Assembly (NCBI GenBank): GCA_951406725.2 | Contig: OX597821.1 | Span: forward strand, 558,001-622,000 | DNA length: 64,000 nt | Source: Octopus vulgaris | Lineage: Eukaryota | Direction of reading: 5' to 3' | In this document: piece after piece, positions 43,043 to 57,166 of the stretch | How the letters are laid out: the number at the start of each line of letters is the position of its first letter | Position numbering within the stretch: position 1 is the stretch's first letter | Notes under the pieces: generated by a model | Told to the model about the DNA's origin: nothing | The model's input: the letters and a program-made list of their open reading frames with translations, nothing else | Database searches by the model: none | Translations under genes and position numbers: made by a program

Positions 43043-44599
43043 AACTGACAACTGGTCTATTACTGCTACTTATCCGAATGATTCAGAAAAGATAGAAGAC
43101 CAGATACTAATGTCATATATATATGTATAAATAACCTGCTCCTTGTGTAGATCTGAAGTATATTATGGACCATATATTGAGTGCAATGTGTGTTTCCTGA
43201 TTGACCTCAGGGCTCATGATATACTCACTCAGGTACATAACGGCAATACTTGTCTGCCTGTACTTCAGTACTCACATATATATTCCTCTATTGTTATTGT
43301 GTACACATTTTTTTCAACCTGACCTAGTACCTTACCATTTAAATGCTTGATTCTCTTAAATCCTGATCTATTATACACACATATATATATATACACATAT
43401 ATAGTAGTGATAAGAGATGACAAAGGAATAACTGATTGTCTTATGAACTATAATTCTTTTCTCTTCTAGGCACAAGGTCCAAAATTTCTGGGGAGGGGGG
43501 GACCAGTTGACTAGATGCACTCCAGTACGCAACTGGTACTTAATTTATCGGCCCTGAAAGGATGAAAGGCAAAGTCGACCTTGGTGGAATTTGAACTCAG
43601 AACATAAGGGCAGACGAAATACTGTTAAGCATTTCTGCTAGCTCGCTGCCTTATGGACTATAATTGGTTATTTCTTTATCCTCTGTTATTACTGCTTTGT
43701 ACCTGACTAACACTTCATTCAGAAGCATTGAGTTCTACACCAGGTTATTAGTACCAGAATACCTAAGCAAAATATTAAAAAACTGTATTTGTGTGTGTGT
43801 GTGTGTGTGTGTGTGTGGTGGGGAGGGCTATATAAGTATGTATAAATTCAACATGACACTTCCCAAAAAGAAAAATTATGGCTTTGAAAAAAAAGAAGCA
43901 CATGACCCTTTTTAGGGTGTCTGTGATTGGCAGATGGAAAGGAGGAAGTTATCCTCATACAGGAGATCTGACACAGAGGCTTGCTCAAGAGTGAAACTCT
44001 TTTAGAAACCACCCAAGGGCCAGGTCTTGATTCTTGACTGGCTGATGTATTACACTTTCTGTCTATCAAGTGCCACTTGCAAGTATTTGGTTAATTCAAG
44101 GCCAAGGCTGAAAACATTTATCCAAGGTGCCATGCAGTAAAATTGAAACTAAAACCATTAAGTTGTGAAGTGACCTTCTGAACCAAACAGCTATGCCTAT
44201 GCACCAGATAATCTTTAAACTCATTGACCAATATTTATTGATCTCAACACTGACAGTTGTTTGACATTTCATATTCAGACAGATTTATCGATGAGTGCTT
44301 AACTCTATAGAATTACTGGGAATATTATCATAAAACTGTATCTGTGCAAGTGTTGATGCTCAGCTATGCAAGGGTTTTAAGCCGCACCACCTTACCACTT
44401 TGTGGTATTTATTTCCAAGGTACCATTGTTTGACTCATTAAACACAGCAGCCAAATCTGACTCAAATCACACATCAACTTTACATTGGATTCACTCAAAT
44501 TACACATCCTCTCTTCACCTTTGACAATCCTTAAAATTCCTAGCTGAATTGTCTGCTGATATGGGGAGAATCTGCCAGTAAATAACCACGACCGATGTA

Positions 44600-45587
44600 T
44601 CTCTTTTACTTTTTTACTTGTTTCAGTCATTTGACTGTGGCCATGCTGGAGCACCACCTTTAGTTGAGCAAATCGACCCAGGGATTTATTCTTTGTAAGC
44701 CTAGTACTTATTCTATTGGTTCTCTTTTGCCAAACCACTAAGTTATGGGGACGTAAACACACCAGCATTGATTGTCAAGCGATGATTGGGGGAGAAATAC
44801 AGACACATAAACATATAAACACACATACATACATACATACATATATATATATATATATCCGATTCGTGGCCGTTGCCAGCTTCGTCTGGTCTCCGTGCTG
44901 GTGGCACGTAAAAAGCACCATCCGATCGTGGCCGTTTGCCAGCCTCGTCTGGCACCTGTGCCAGTGACACGTAAAAAGCACCCACTACACTCACGGAGTG
45001 GTTGGCGTTAGGAAGGGCATCCAGCTGTAGAAACACTGCCAGATCAGACTGGGCCTGGTGCAGACTTCTATCTTCCCAGACCACAGTTGAACCGTCCAAC
45101 CCATGCTAGCATGGAAAGCGGACGTTAAACGATGATGATGATGATGATGATGATGATGATATATATATATATCACCGTGATCACTGTGACTGACCAGGCT
45201 ATCAGACATTGCTACACATCACTGGTCACAATGCGCTTCACATTGTTTTAACCTTCAAATGACGCCACCCAACTGGCTAAGTGAGCAGGCCAACAGAAGA
45301 AAGAGTGAGAGAAAGTTGTGGTGAAAGAATACCGCCAGGATTACCACAACCCCCTACTGGAGCCTCTTGGAGTTTTAGGTGTTTTCACTCAATAAACACT
45401 CACAACGCCTGGTCTGGGAATCGAAACCGCAATCCTACAACCGCGAGTTCGCTGCCCTAACTACTGGGCCATTGTGCCTCCATATATATATATATATATA
45501 CATATATACGACAGGCTTCTTTCAGTTTCTGTTTACCAAATCAACTCACAAGGCTTTGGTCAGCCTGAGGCTATAGTAGAAAACACT
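44600..45587 (-). mobile_element. Family A SINE split by nested family D (44860-45160) and family C (45170-45482) insertions
   Basis: 3' half at 44600-44858 and 5' portion resuming at ~45505-45587, on either side of the inserts. Confidence 0.75.
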
Positions 45588-46187
45588 TTATGGAGAGGAG
45601 TGTATGAGTCACACACAAGTGTATAAGTGGTTCAGACGTTTCCAAGATGGCCAACAAAATGTCGATATTGATAAACATTATGGGAGACCTGCAATCAGCA
45701 GAACTGAGAAAAGCATCGCAGATGTGCATGCAGCTGTGAGGGAAAATTCATCGAATCCCCATCCGTGAGTTATCAGAGGATGTGCAGATTAGTTACAGTT
45801 CAGTTCAGTCCATTATCAATGAAGATTTGGGTATGAGACGTGTGTCTGCCAAGTTTGTGCCAAAGCTGTTTTCAGCTGACCAAAATCACACTCGGATTTC
45901 AGTTGCACAAGATCTCTTTGATTGTGGCGAGAATGATGAACAATTTTTGAAAACTTTGCGTAGGCCTCTGAGCAGGTATCACCAAGCTTTTGACAAAATT
46001 TGATGCAGATTTTCTGCTCAACCTTCTCTGTCATTGTCAATGCAACAATCACACTACACATCTTCCTTCTAAGCACTGCTGTAAACAGTGGAAGAGTTCA
46101 AGATCAATCTGTACCAAGCAGCTTTACTCTGTATACTTTAGCTTCGTTACTCTGGCAACAGTCCGGATACTTATTGATCAGATCACA
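45587..46187. mobile_element. Rearranged mariner (irritans-like) fragment with internal inversion
   Basis: - strand from TIR (TA|TGTGATCTGATCAATAAGTATCCGGAC) encodes MTEKVEQKICIKFCQKLGDTCSEAYAK. The continuation YGEECMSHTQVYKWFRRFQDG...LGMRRVSAKFVPKL lies on the + strand at 45587-45953. Confidence 0.85.
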
Positions 46188-46798
46188 TATATATGGTCTA
46201 GTGGTTAAGGTGTTGCACTCATGATTTCGAGATCGTAGGTTTGATTCCCAGACTGGGAGTTGTGTTCTTGAGCAAAGCACTTCATTTCATGTTGATCTGT
46301 GAACATTTTAACATCTGACATGTGGCACCCATTGCACCTGTACAGGTAATGTCGATCTGATGGCAGGAGTCAGCTTATGTCTACACAAACATTTGATCAC
46401 TATAAACAGATCATCCGTGTGGTTGTTCGGTAAGAAATAATCAAGCCCTCATACACCGTCTAATGATGAGAGAATCCATTATTATTATTATGTATGGACT
46501 TACAAGAAGCAATTGATGACAGGATTTAATACAAATGTAGTGTATTTAATAATACATTATAACTGAAAGTCTCCAATCTTCAGTTTCCAGTACTCAGAGT
46601 TACTTGCTTCCTCTGTGTGTGTGTATCAGTTGCCATGATAGATTGTTAGCCAATACACACATTTTTTCTCTCTCCTTTCTGTAGAAGAGCGTAGGTTCAA
46701 AATGTAAAAGACTTTTTCTATTCCTGGGCGTTATACGAATACATCTGTTTGTTTTGTACACCACCTGTCTTTGTCTTTTGTTTTTTTCATAAACTCTC

Positions 46799-46841
<43 letters not shown>

Positions 46842-47690
46842 CACACACGCACACACACACATAACTATTGAAAAATGAGAACAAGGGCTCAACATTACAT
46901 TGATGGATAAAGATTCTCTGCATTAAGGCTACCATTGGTTTCATGTTGAGGAAATAGTTGACAATTATTCAAACTAATCCACACAGGAAAATTACTGTTT
47001 GTCTCCATTTTGGATTAAAACACACACACAAACATGTATATATATTGGTTCAGTAGCAAGAAAATAAAAATATGACTAATTTCTAATATGGTGTCAAGTA
47101 CTCTTTTCCTGACAGTTAACACTACACACGCACACATGTTTACAAATAAGCACATATATATTATATCTAAATGTAGGTATGTGTATATGTGTGTATGTAT
47201 ATTAATTTGTTCACTTCAGTACACATTTATTTCCATACAGACCCGGATTAAAATAAATATATTATTGAGCAATGTTTTATAGATGGTTGCCATTTCTGTT
47301 GCTAATTCTTAACTATTTTTTCCATTTGGGACCTCTCATTCCACATCACTCCTCCTTGTAGCTCAGAGATTCTCAGAAAAGTGAAAATGTAAACAAACAC
47401 ATACGCAGAGACATAATCACACAAACACATACATAATATAAAACAAAACATGAGTGATTGCTTATATGATATTTAGCTTAACCATCTTATATAAGTTTCA
47501 TTATTAGTTAGACAAGGCAAATTATATAATCAAGATTCATTGTTAAATCATCAGAGACATGTAACATTTCACGTGAAACCTTACTTGATTGAAATACCTT
47601 GAATGGAAACACACAGAGTTGTAAATTTCTAAATACTGGTTATTTGTCACACATTTTAAGGTTTTAAATTTCATTGGATGAATGAATAAA

Positions 47691-47731
<41 letters not shown>

Positions 47732-47796
47732 CGGAGTAAACACATAAATGTGAAACAAGGTGGAAAAAAGAGTACTCAAATACCAGTGGTAGAGTA

Positions 47797-47973
47797 ATAT
47801 GCTTTATTTAAAGCAGCAGAAAATTCAACAAAACCTGTTACTCTGAGTTTCCCATTGCCGTTCATCGGACAATTTTTGCTGGACATTCTAGCAAAAACTG
47901 TCCGATGAACGGCAACAGGAAACTCAGAGTAACAGGTTTTGTTGAATTTTCTGCTGCCTTAAATAAAGTATAT
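47797..47973. repeat. Foldback palindrome (~84-bp arms) carrying a minimal hammerhead motif in each arm
   Basis: Arms differ at only a few positions. Right arm (+) 47898-47935 = CUGU CCGAUGA ACGGCAACAG GAAA CUCAGAG UA ACAG. Confidence 0.85.
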
Positions 47974-49220
47974 ATATATATAAATATATAAATAATTAAG
48001 ATTCAGTTGAATTAGGTACTTAAGTTGAGGCACAAAGTCAGTCTAGTATTGTCTGCACAGCTCAAAGTTCTGATGAAAACTTTGCTAAAAAATTATAATG
48101 GAGTATCCTGTATGTTGAAAACCAATATGGTCTTATGCATCCGAGGAAAGCAGGTTATTTCAAATTAATGTAATGCTTGTATTGATTAATTAAATGGCAC
48201 TGCTTGAAACGGTTGTGTGTATAAATATATATATATAAAATTATTTAACGTTCTCATCTCTATGAGTGGATGGCTTAGAATGAATTTGTTGAGGTAGATT
48301 TTCTACAGTCAGATGTCCTTCCTGTTGCCAACCATCACCTGTATCCAAATAAGGTAATATTTCTTCAAAGGACAGACATGTTTTCATAGACGATTGGAAA
48401 TGAAGGACAACGTTTGTATGATGGTGGCACTCGTTTACAGCTACCATGCAATGTCAAGGCATGGAGACAGTAACACACACATATATGACAAGCTACTTTC
48501 AGTTTCTACACATACACACACGTGTGTGCACAAACACACAGACATACATGCATGCATATATACACACAAATGCACATACACAAATACACACACACATGCT
48601 CATACACAAACACGTGTGCATGTGCACACACACATGCATATACACACACACACATATATATATATACATATACACACACAACTGGTTTCTTGCAGTTTCT
48701 GTCAATTAAACCCCCTTACATGGGATTGGTTGACCAGGGGCCTTAGTAGAGAAGACACTCATCTTGCTGTGCAGTAGGATTGAACCTGAAACCACATGAT
48801 TCTGATGCATGCATAAATATGTGTATGTACACGTACACATACACACACACACACACACACATACACACAAGAATGCTTTAACAAAACGTCCAAAGCAGAT
48901 ACAAAATTTTAATTCTCACGCAAACACACACCCACACACATGCACACACACACACACATGTGCATATATATATATACACATATATATTGACATCTAACTT
49001 ATAACCAGGCATAAACTTACACACACACACACACAAACATTACATTTTGGTTTTGACATTTCCTATTAATCTAGTTTTGGTGTTTCACAAAATTTTCAAT
49101 TTCTAATTCTTCCTCTCCCCACACCTCTTCTTCCTCCTTCTTCTCTTTTCCTTTTGTCCCCTTTCTTTTCCACTTTTATGTTTTTTTAAAAATCTATATA
49201 CATTCCCTTTTTTCTTTATC

Positions 49221-49262
<42 letters not shown>

Positions 49263-49541
49263 TTTTTTTTTTTTTTCCATCTTTACCAAATTCTCAGTTT
49301 TCTGTTGCAAAGCACCAGAAATGATAAAACAAATTATAAAGCCCCATTTCCAAAAATCAGAACAGAATGAACAACAAAACAACAAAATGATTCGGGAGTG
49401 GGGTTTGTAATAGGCAGTTGGTGGGGGTGTTCTCTTGTAAGGAACTGTAAAAGAATGGTCTGATTCTTTCTTATTGATTCACTCATTCGTCTTTATATGT
49501 GTCTTGTGTACGTTTATCATTCCTTAACTTGGTGTCTGTTT

Positions 49542-49597
<56 letters not shown>

Positions 49598-49839
49598 ATA
49601 TGCATATGTGTATGGCTATCATGGTGTTGGAATGTGTGTGTTTATGAGGGCGTAGAAACCTGGGCGTGATTTTTGTTACATTGTTTGATATGTGTGTGTA
49701 TGCATGTATGTGTATATGTGTATTTGTATGTATTTGTATGTGTGTTGTGTGAGGATGCGTAATTGGCGTAGTGTTGATACGAGCATGTGTGTATATAAGT
49801 GCGTGTTTGTGTGTTGTATGCGATTGGTTGAATGTTGGT

Positions 49840-50077
49840 GCAAGCATGTATGTGTATGAGCATGTGTGTGTGTGTGTGTGTGTATGCAGGGATTGAGATG
49901 AAGATGCAAGCATGTATGTGTATGAGCATGTGTGTGTGTGTGTGTATGCAGGGATTGAGATGAAGATGCAAGCATGTATGTGTATGAGCATGTGTGTGTG
50001 TGTGTGTGTGTATGCAGGGATTGAGATGAAGATGCAAGCATGTATGTGTATGAGCATGTGTGTGTGTGTGTGTGTGT
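49840..50077. repeat. Minisatellite, ~62-bp unit x ~3.5
   Basis: TGCAAGCATGTATGTGTATGAGCA(TG)nTATGCAGGGATTGAGATGAAGA repeated. Confidence 0.9.
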
Positions 50078-50485
50078 CCATGTGATTACTGAAGTGTGTA
50101 TGACTGCTGAAGTGTTGTAAGCATGTGTGTGGATGACTGGTATTACTTTGGTGTAAACATGTCTGATAGCTGTGTGTTTGTGTGTGTGTGTGTGTGTGTG
50201 TCTTGTGTGCGTAGTGTACCATTGATGTAAGCATGCATATACATGTGTTTCTGGATGACTGGTGTTATATTGGTGTATGCATTGGTGTGTGAATATATGT
50301 TGTGTGATTGGCATGATGATATGCATGTGTTTGTGTGTTTGTCTGTGTGTCTGAATCAGGCTATAACTTTAAGTGGAAAATGAAAGAAAAACAAAATAAA
50401 AAATTTAAAGGCACAAGTGGAGCATTGAATGTGCACATACACACACACATGTACATACATATGCACACACAAATATACATTCACA

Positions 50486-50517
<32 letters not shown>

Positions 50518-50627
50518 CACACACACATGTACATATATATACAGACATACATACATACACACACACATGTACATATATATACACATATACACATACATCT
50601 ACATACACACACAAATATACATTTGCA

Positions 50628-50670
<43 letters not shown>

Positions 50671-52140
50671 GTGCATATATATATATATAGACATACATAT
50701 ATACACACATAGATGTACATATATATATATAGACATACATTTATACACACATACATGTACATATATACACACATATACACACACACTCACTCACATACAT
50801 ATATGATATATACATAAAGATACATGTACACACACAGGCACACACACACACATATATATATATACAGACACACATGTATACACATGTACACACATGCATG
50901 CATACATATATATACATATATACATATATAGAGAGAGAGAGGGACATAGACTGAGTAAAAATGAAGAGGAAGGCAAGTGTGACATAGCAATAGACTGAAA
51001 TCAATGCGTGTGTGTGTGTGTTGCTCTCTGTGAGTGTGTGCGTGTGTTAACAACATTTGAGGATTGATGATTACGTGTGTGTATGCGTGTGTATATATAT
51101 GCATGTGTTTATCCGTGTGTATGTTTATGATTTATATAACCCATTAGAGGTGTATATGTATTGCTGCTTATAATTTGGGTGTATATTAGCTTTTATCCAT
51201 ATGTCTCTTGTCCCATTATATGTCTTTATGGCTCCTTGTACATGTGTGTGTTTGTGCATGTATATACACACAAACAAACATATATATACATACACACACA
51301 CACACACACATACACCCACACACACATTCATACACACATATATATGTATATATATATATATATATATAGGGTTAGAGGGAGAGAGAAAGACAGAAAGAGT
51401 AGGGATGTGTGTATACCAGTGTTTGTGTGAGGAGGGAGAGATAGAGGGATAGAGAGAGAATGAGAGAGAGAGATAGAGAGAATGAGAGAGAGAGATAATG
51501 AGAAAGTGAGAGAGAGAGAGAGAAATGAGTTTTGATTATTTAACTAAAAATTATGATATATTTGTTAGTTACAAGAGATTTTTGACAATTTCCATTTATT
51601 TATTTCAACATAACAAAATAGGAGGAAGAACATTAAAAATAAAAGCCCCAAAGAAATCAAAAACAAAATTAAATATTTAAACTGTCTCAGCCTGTCTGTC
51701 TGTCGGCTGTTCTTATAATAATGTATTTACTTTAAACATTTAGTTATAAACTCAAACAAATACGTTGCATTGCCAAAAATGTCTTTCAAACTCTTCAATA
51801 ATCTCCCTTGCTTTCTCCCTATATCTTCCTGCCTCTCTCTTCTCTTTGTTTCTGTTTATCTCTCTTCATATAAAACACCATATGTGGACTATTTCTGTTT
51901 CACTCTGTGTGTGTGGAACACATAAAACAAAAATTCAAAGAAAGATTATTCTTTCATAATTTCCTGACAGGAAAGTATTTATTTATTTTTTTTTTTCCAA
52001 TTTTTTTTTGTTTTGCTTTGTGTTTTAAATTTAAAAAAAAAAAAAATTAGTTAAAAAATATAAAAAAATATTTCAATTAAACTGTGTCATTTTACCCCCC
52101 TCTCTATCTCCCCCAAATTGTTATTATCGTTATTTTTATT

Positions 52141-52905
52141 AAGGTGGCAAGCTGGCGGAATCGTTAGCACCCTGATCAGAATGCTTTGCAGCATTTCATT
52201 TGTCTTTAAGTTCTAAGTTCAAATTCTGCTGAGTACACCGTTATCTTTCATCCTTTAGGGGGTCAATGTACTGGGGTCAATGTAACCGACAATCCCTCTC
52301 CCCCAAATTTCAGGCCTTGTGCCTATTGTAGAAAAAAGGATCACATTATTATTAAGGTGGCCAGCTGGCAGAATGGTTAGCATGTCAGGTGGAATGCTTA
52401 CAGGTATTTCATCTGGCTCTACATTCTGAGTTCAAATTCTGCCAAGGTCGACTTTGCCTTTCATAAATTTAGTACCAGTCAAGTACTGGGGTCGATGTAA
52501 TCAACTATCCCCATAAATTTGAGACCTTGTGCCTATAGTAGAAAGGATTATTAAGGTGGCGGGCTAGCAGAATCATTAGCATACCGGGCAAAACCTTAAC
52601 TTTCTCTATGTTCTGAGTCCAAATTCCATCATGGTTGACTTTGCATTTCATCCTTTTGGGGTCAATGAAATAAGTAGCAGTTGAGCAGTGAGGTTGATGT
52701 AATCTACTTATCCCCTCTACTCAGATTGCTGGCCTTGTGCCAAAATTTGAAACTGTTGTTAGTATCATTTTAATTATTATCAAATTCCTCTGAGGTTGAC
52801 ATTGTCTTTCATCCATTTGGGGTGAAGGAAATAGGTACCAGTTGAGCACTGGTTGGGGGTCGATGTAATTGACTAGACCCCTCCCCTATGATTTCAGGCT
52901 ACACA

Positions 52906-52936
<31 letters not shown>

Positions 52937-53260
52937 GGAAGTGGAAAGGCAGTGAGCTGGCATACTGGGCAAAATGCTTTGTAGCACTTGGTCCATTTTT
53001 ATGTTCTGAGTTCAAGTTCTGTTGAGGTTGACTTTGCCTTTTATCCTTGCAAGGTCAATAAAATAAGTACCAGTTGAACACTGGGGTCAATGTAATTGAC
53101 TAGTCCCCTCTTCCAAAATATCAGGCCTTGTGCTTATGAGGAAGTGGAGGATGAATGGCACAACCAACAAAATGCTTTATAGTATATCTCCTGGCTCTTT
53201 ATATTCTGAGTTCAAATCCTGCTGAGGTCAACTTTGCTATTTATTCTTCTAGAGTTGATC
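52141..53260 (+). mobile_element. Head-to-tail cluster of ~6 diverged family B SINE copies
   Basis: AAGGTGGC..GCT(G/A)GC(A/G)GAA heads at ~52141, 52354 and 52553, and further copies at ~52785, 52948 and 53155, separated by (ATT)n. Confidence 0.75.
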
Positions 53261-54905
53261 TTGTGTATTCTGAGCTCAGCCCCTGAAGTTAGAGTAGGGA
53301 TTCTGAACCATTTTTTTTTTAATCTGTAAACCCCTTTGATTACTATTTTATTCTGATGACCTCCATAGCCATTCGATGTTTAAAAATTGGCTTTATAGAT
53401 GCTTCTTTCAAAATTCCTATTTCGTTTTTCACACATTGTCTATGTTGAACTATGTCAAACATTAGAGAAACCCAGCTGTTTCTTGCAATACATACCAATA
53501 CATACATCTAAAGCAAAATTTTTTCAGGGACCCTTGAAATACAATTAAGGATCCCCAATTTATTATTTTGTCGCGTGGATCCCACCAAAAATCATATATG
53601 GACTCTGGTTGAGAACCACTGGGCTTGTGTGTCAAGTTCATGACTGTTAGGGTTAAGGGTTCAATTTTCAGATTAGGTGGCACAATGTTTCCTTGGGCAA
53701 GACACTTCACTTTGTTTCAGTACACTCAGCTCTAAACAAATTCTGGCAGCAGCTGGATGGTGGTGGTGGTGTCAGGAGGTTAACTCTACAATGGACCAGT
53801 ATCCTGTTTAGAGGGATGTTTTATATTCTCAATTGCTTAAATCACCATGGAAACAGGGGAAACCCTCCATTCTAATGGGCTTGTGGCCCCAAGACAGACT
53901 TTAACTTGATTGAGCAGACCTATGATCAAAGGCATTCCAATCATGACCACCATATTTCCCCCCATACTTCTAAGACCATGTTGTCTAACATGTCCTCTCT
54001 TTTTGAAGGATGGTAGGCTGTCATCCAATTGGCTGCTATTTCTAGCGACCATATTGAGAGGTTTTGTTATCCTTCTATGATTACTGTAATAAGGCATTGC
54101 TATTGCTTGACCTTTTGTCGTCTTTAATTGCACAAATCAGTGATGGAAGATGTTCCACCCTTGACCATCCAATCAAAGTTTATCTGGGACAAAACCCTTA
54201 GTCCATTGTATGTCATTCCCTTTGAGCTGGCAGGTAGGATCTGAGGGAAATTTTGTTGCTATTTTCAGCAGGTCTTATGACTTGCAGGAGCTTGTACCGT
54301 GCTTCTTTGGTGTTGTTGTTGTTGTGAGAGAGAGAGAGGGGAGGGGGAGATGAGGCTGATAGAGTAAGTAAAAAGAATGCAAAAGGGAGGACAAAGATGA
54401 AAGAGAGGGAGTAAGAGAAAGAGGAGATAACTGTTGGGAAGAAAGAGCAATAAAGATAGATAGATAGAGAGAGAGAGAGTGGGGAGAGGAGAGAGAGACA
54501 GAGAGAGAGACAAAAGAATTAAGTGAAAGGATCAAAGATGAAAGGGAGAATGAGAAAGGGTTTGTGTGTTGTGTTTGGCCTTGGAAACATTAGGCAATAA
54601 ATAAAGATGGAAATGTGTGTGTGTGTGGGGGGGGAGGTTGGTAGTGGTGGTAGTAATAGCAGTAGAGAGTGTTGGGGGAGGGAGTATGGGTTAGCAAGAG
54701 GAGAGGAAGGAGGAGAGCAAGGCAGGGAAGTATTAGACAAAGAAATACATATACACACACGTGTGTGTGTGTGTGTGTGTGTGTGAGAAAAATTGGGAAT
54801 TGGAGCATGATGGAATAGGAATCAGAGAGAGACAGTCACACATGCATACATACCCACCCACACACAGATGCAGACACAGATGCAGACACACATACACACA
54901 CGAGC

Positions 54906-54938
<33 letters not shown>

Positions 54939-55015
54939 CCTACATACATACATACATACATACATGTATATGCACAGATACAGACCCAAAAAGACACACA
55001 TACACATACATGAGC

Positions 55016-55048
<33 letters not shown>

Positions 55049-55077
55049 CAGAGACAGAGAGAGAGTTAGAGAGACAG

Positions 55078-55121
<44 letters not shown>

Positions 55122-55294
55122 TCATACATACATACATGCATGTATATGCACAGATATGGATGAACGTATACAGCTATACACAAAAAGATACACATATGCA
55201 GAAGTAGAGAGAGAGAGAGAGAGAGGGAGAGAGGGAGAGTCGTATAGAGACAAACATGTATATAGTATATATATTGCACACATACAAACAAATG

Positions 55295-55333
<39 letters not shown>

Positions 55334-55662
55334 ACACATGCACACATACATCACCAGAGAGAAGGAGAGGGGGAAAGAAACAGACAGACAGCCAGAGAAG
55401 TGTTAATGTAATTGACAGCTTTGGAGATAATTATAATATCTCAAGTAAACTCAGTAATTCTTTTGTTTCGATATTTCTGAGATGAGATCTGAGAAGATTC
55501 TAACACGAATGTAACAATAATGCTGCTGGGTGGCTTGAGGCTGGGTGGCTTGAGGCTGGGTGGCTGGCTGAGGAGGCACAGAAAGATGATAAGTGGAGCA
55601 AAGATTGAGGGCAGGAAAGAAAATAAATAAATAATTATTATAAACAGAGTGACTTAGTAAAA

Positions 55663-56173
55663 TGTGTCTGTGTGTTTAACTTCCCGGCACATCTCCTCCT
55701 AGCCAACAAATCGTAAAACCACCAAAAATGGGTCACTTAAAGTTTAGGCGAATGAAAATTGAACTGCACTATTTCTGTTCCGAAATTCATCTCGCAAGTG
55801 CAAAAATCGATAATGTGTTTGTTTAGGCCTTATTCAATGCATTGAATAGTGAACTTTACTCAGTCAGCTGTTTGACGTGAACTGTGTTCACCATGCGTGC
55901 AAGCATGCGTAAATTGCATGAAAAATAAAAAATCAAGATATGAAAACGAATCGCCGTAAACATTATTTACATCAAAAAGATGCTTTTTTTCTATGAAAAT
56001 CCCTATTTTTTACGATTTTTGACTGCTGTGTCACCATTTTTTGGTGTATTTCAACTGGAAAAATGTTCACTTGAAGAGAATAACAAGTTACATAATGCAA
56101 AATTTTTACTTTTCAAAAGTTCCAATTCTATAGGGTTGAAACAAACCCAAGCAACACCGGGTGATACTGCTAG
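55663..56173 (+). mobile_element. Non-autonomous Helitron related to 40725-41552, with a different 3' half
   Basis: Shares the TGTTTAACTTCCCGGCACATCTCC...GTAAACATT block; ends ACCCAAGCAACACCGGGT-GATACTG-CTAG|T. Confidence 0.75.
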
Positions 56174-56205
<32 letters not shown>

Positions 56206-56948
56206 GAGGCATGGAGCTTAGTGGTTAGGGTGTCAGCACCATGATCATAAGATTCTGGGTTCAATTCCTGGACCAGGCAAATGAACTGCGTTCTTGAGCA
56301 AAACACTTCATTTCACATTGCTCCAGTCCACTCAGCTAGCAAAAATGGGTAGCGCTGTGATGGACTGGCGTCCTGTCCAGCTGGGGAACACATGCACCAT
56401 AGAAACCGGGAAACCGGGCCCATGAGCCTGGCTAGGCTTTGAAAGGGTGCATTTATTTTATTTATTTATATATATATAGATGATGATGATATATATATAT
56501 ATATATATGTGTATGTGTGTTTGTATGTATATATATGTTTATATATGCGTGTGTATGCACACCCACATTTATATATGTATTTAAGTATTTGTGTATATTT
56601 ATATCATACAGGTGTATATAAAAAATATATACAATAATAATAATTTCAAATTTTGGCACAATGCCAGCAAGTTAGGGAGAAGTGTTCAACTGGTACTTAC
56701 CTTATCAACCCTGGAAGGATGAAAGGTAAAGTCAACCTCGGTGCAATTTGAACTCAGAACATAAAGATAGACAAAATACCACTAGGCAGGAGTAGCTGTG
56801 TGGTAAGAAGCCCATCGTATATATATATATATATATATACAAAATTTAAAGGACCGATCACTAAAAGTGGACGGTCAACATGCTAGATATACGTCAAATC
56901 GCTATTTTCCACAAAGAATATGTTCTCAAATAAAAATCCAACATGAAC

Positions 56949-56984
<36 letters not shown>

Positions 56985-56989
<5 letters not shown>

Positions 56990-57166
56990 GTAAATTAATA
57001 TGTGACAATTATTCAATAACCAAGATAAAACTCTGAGTTTCGGATGCCGAAGTGGAAATCCACAACATCAACCGAAGAGATGGTGTTGTGGATTTCCACT
57101 TCGGCATCTGAAACTCAGAGTTTTATCTTGGTTATTGAATAATTGTCACATATTATTTTACAGATA
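56985..57166. repeat. Foldback palindrome (~84-bp arms) with hammerhead-like remnant
   Basis: Near-perfect arms. + strand 57072-57122 = CCGAAGA GAUG..GUGG-AUUU-CCAC..CAUCU GAAA CUCAGAG UU; same GAAACTCAGAGT as at 47.9 kb. Confidence 0.85.
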
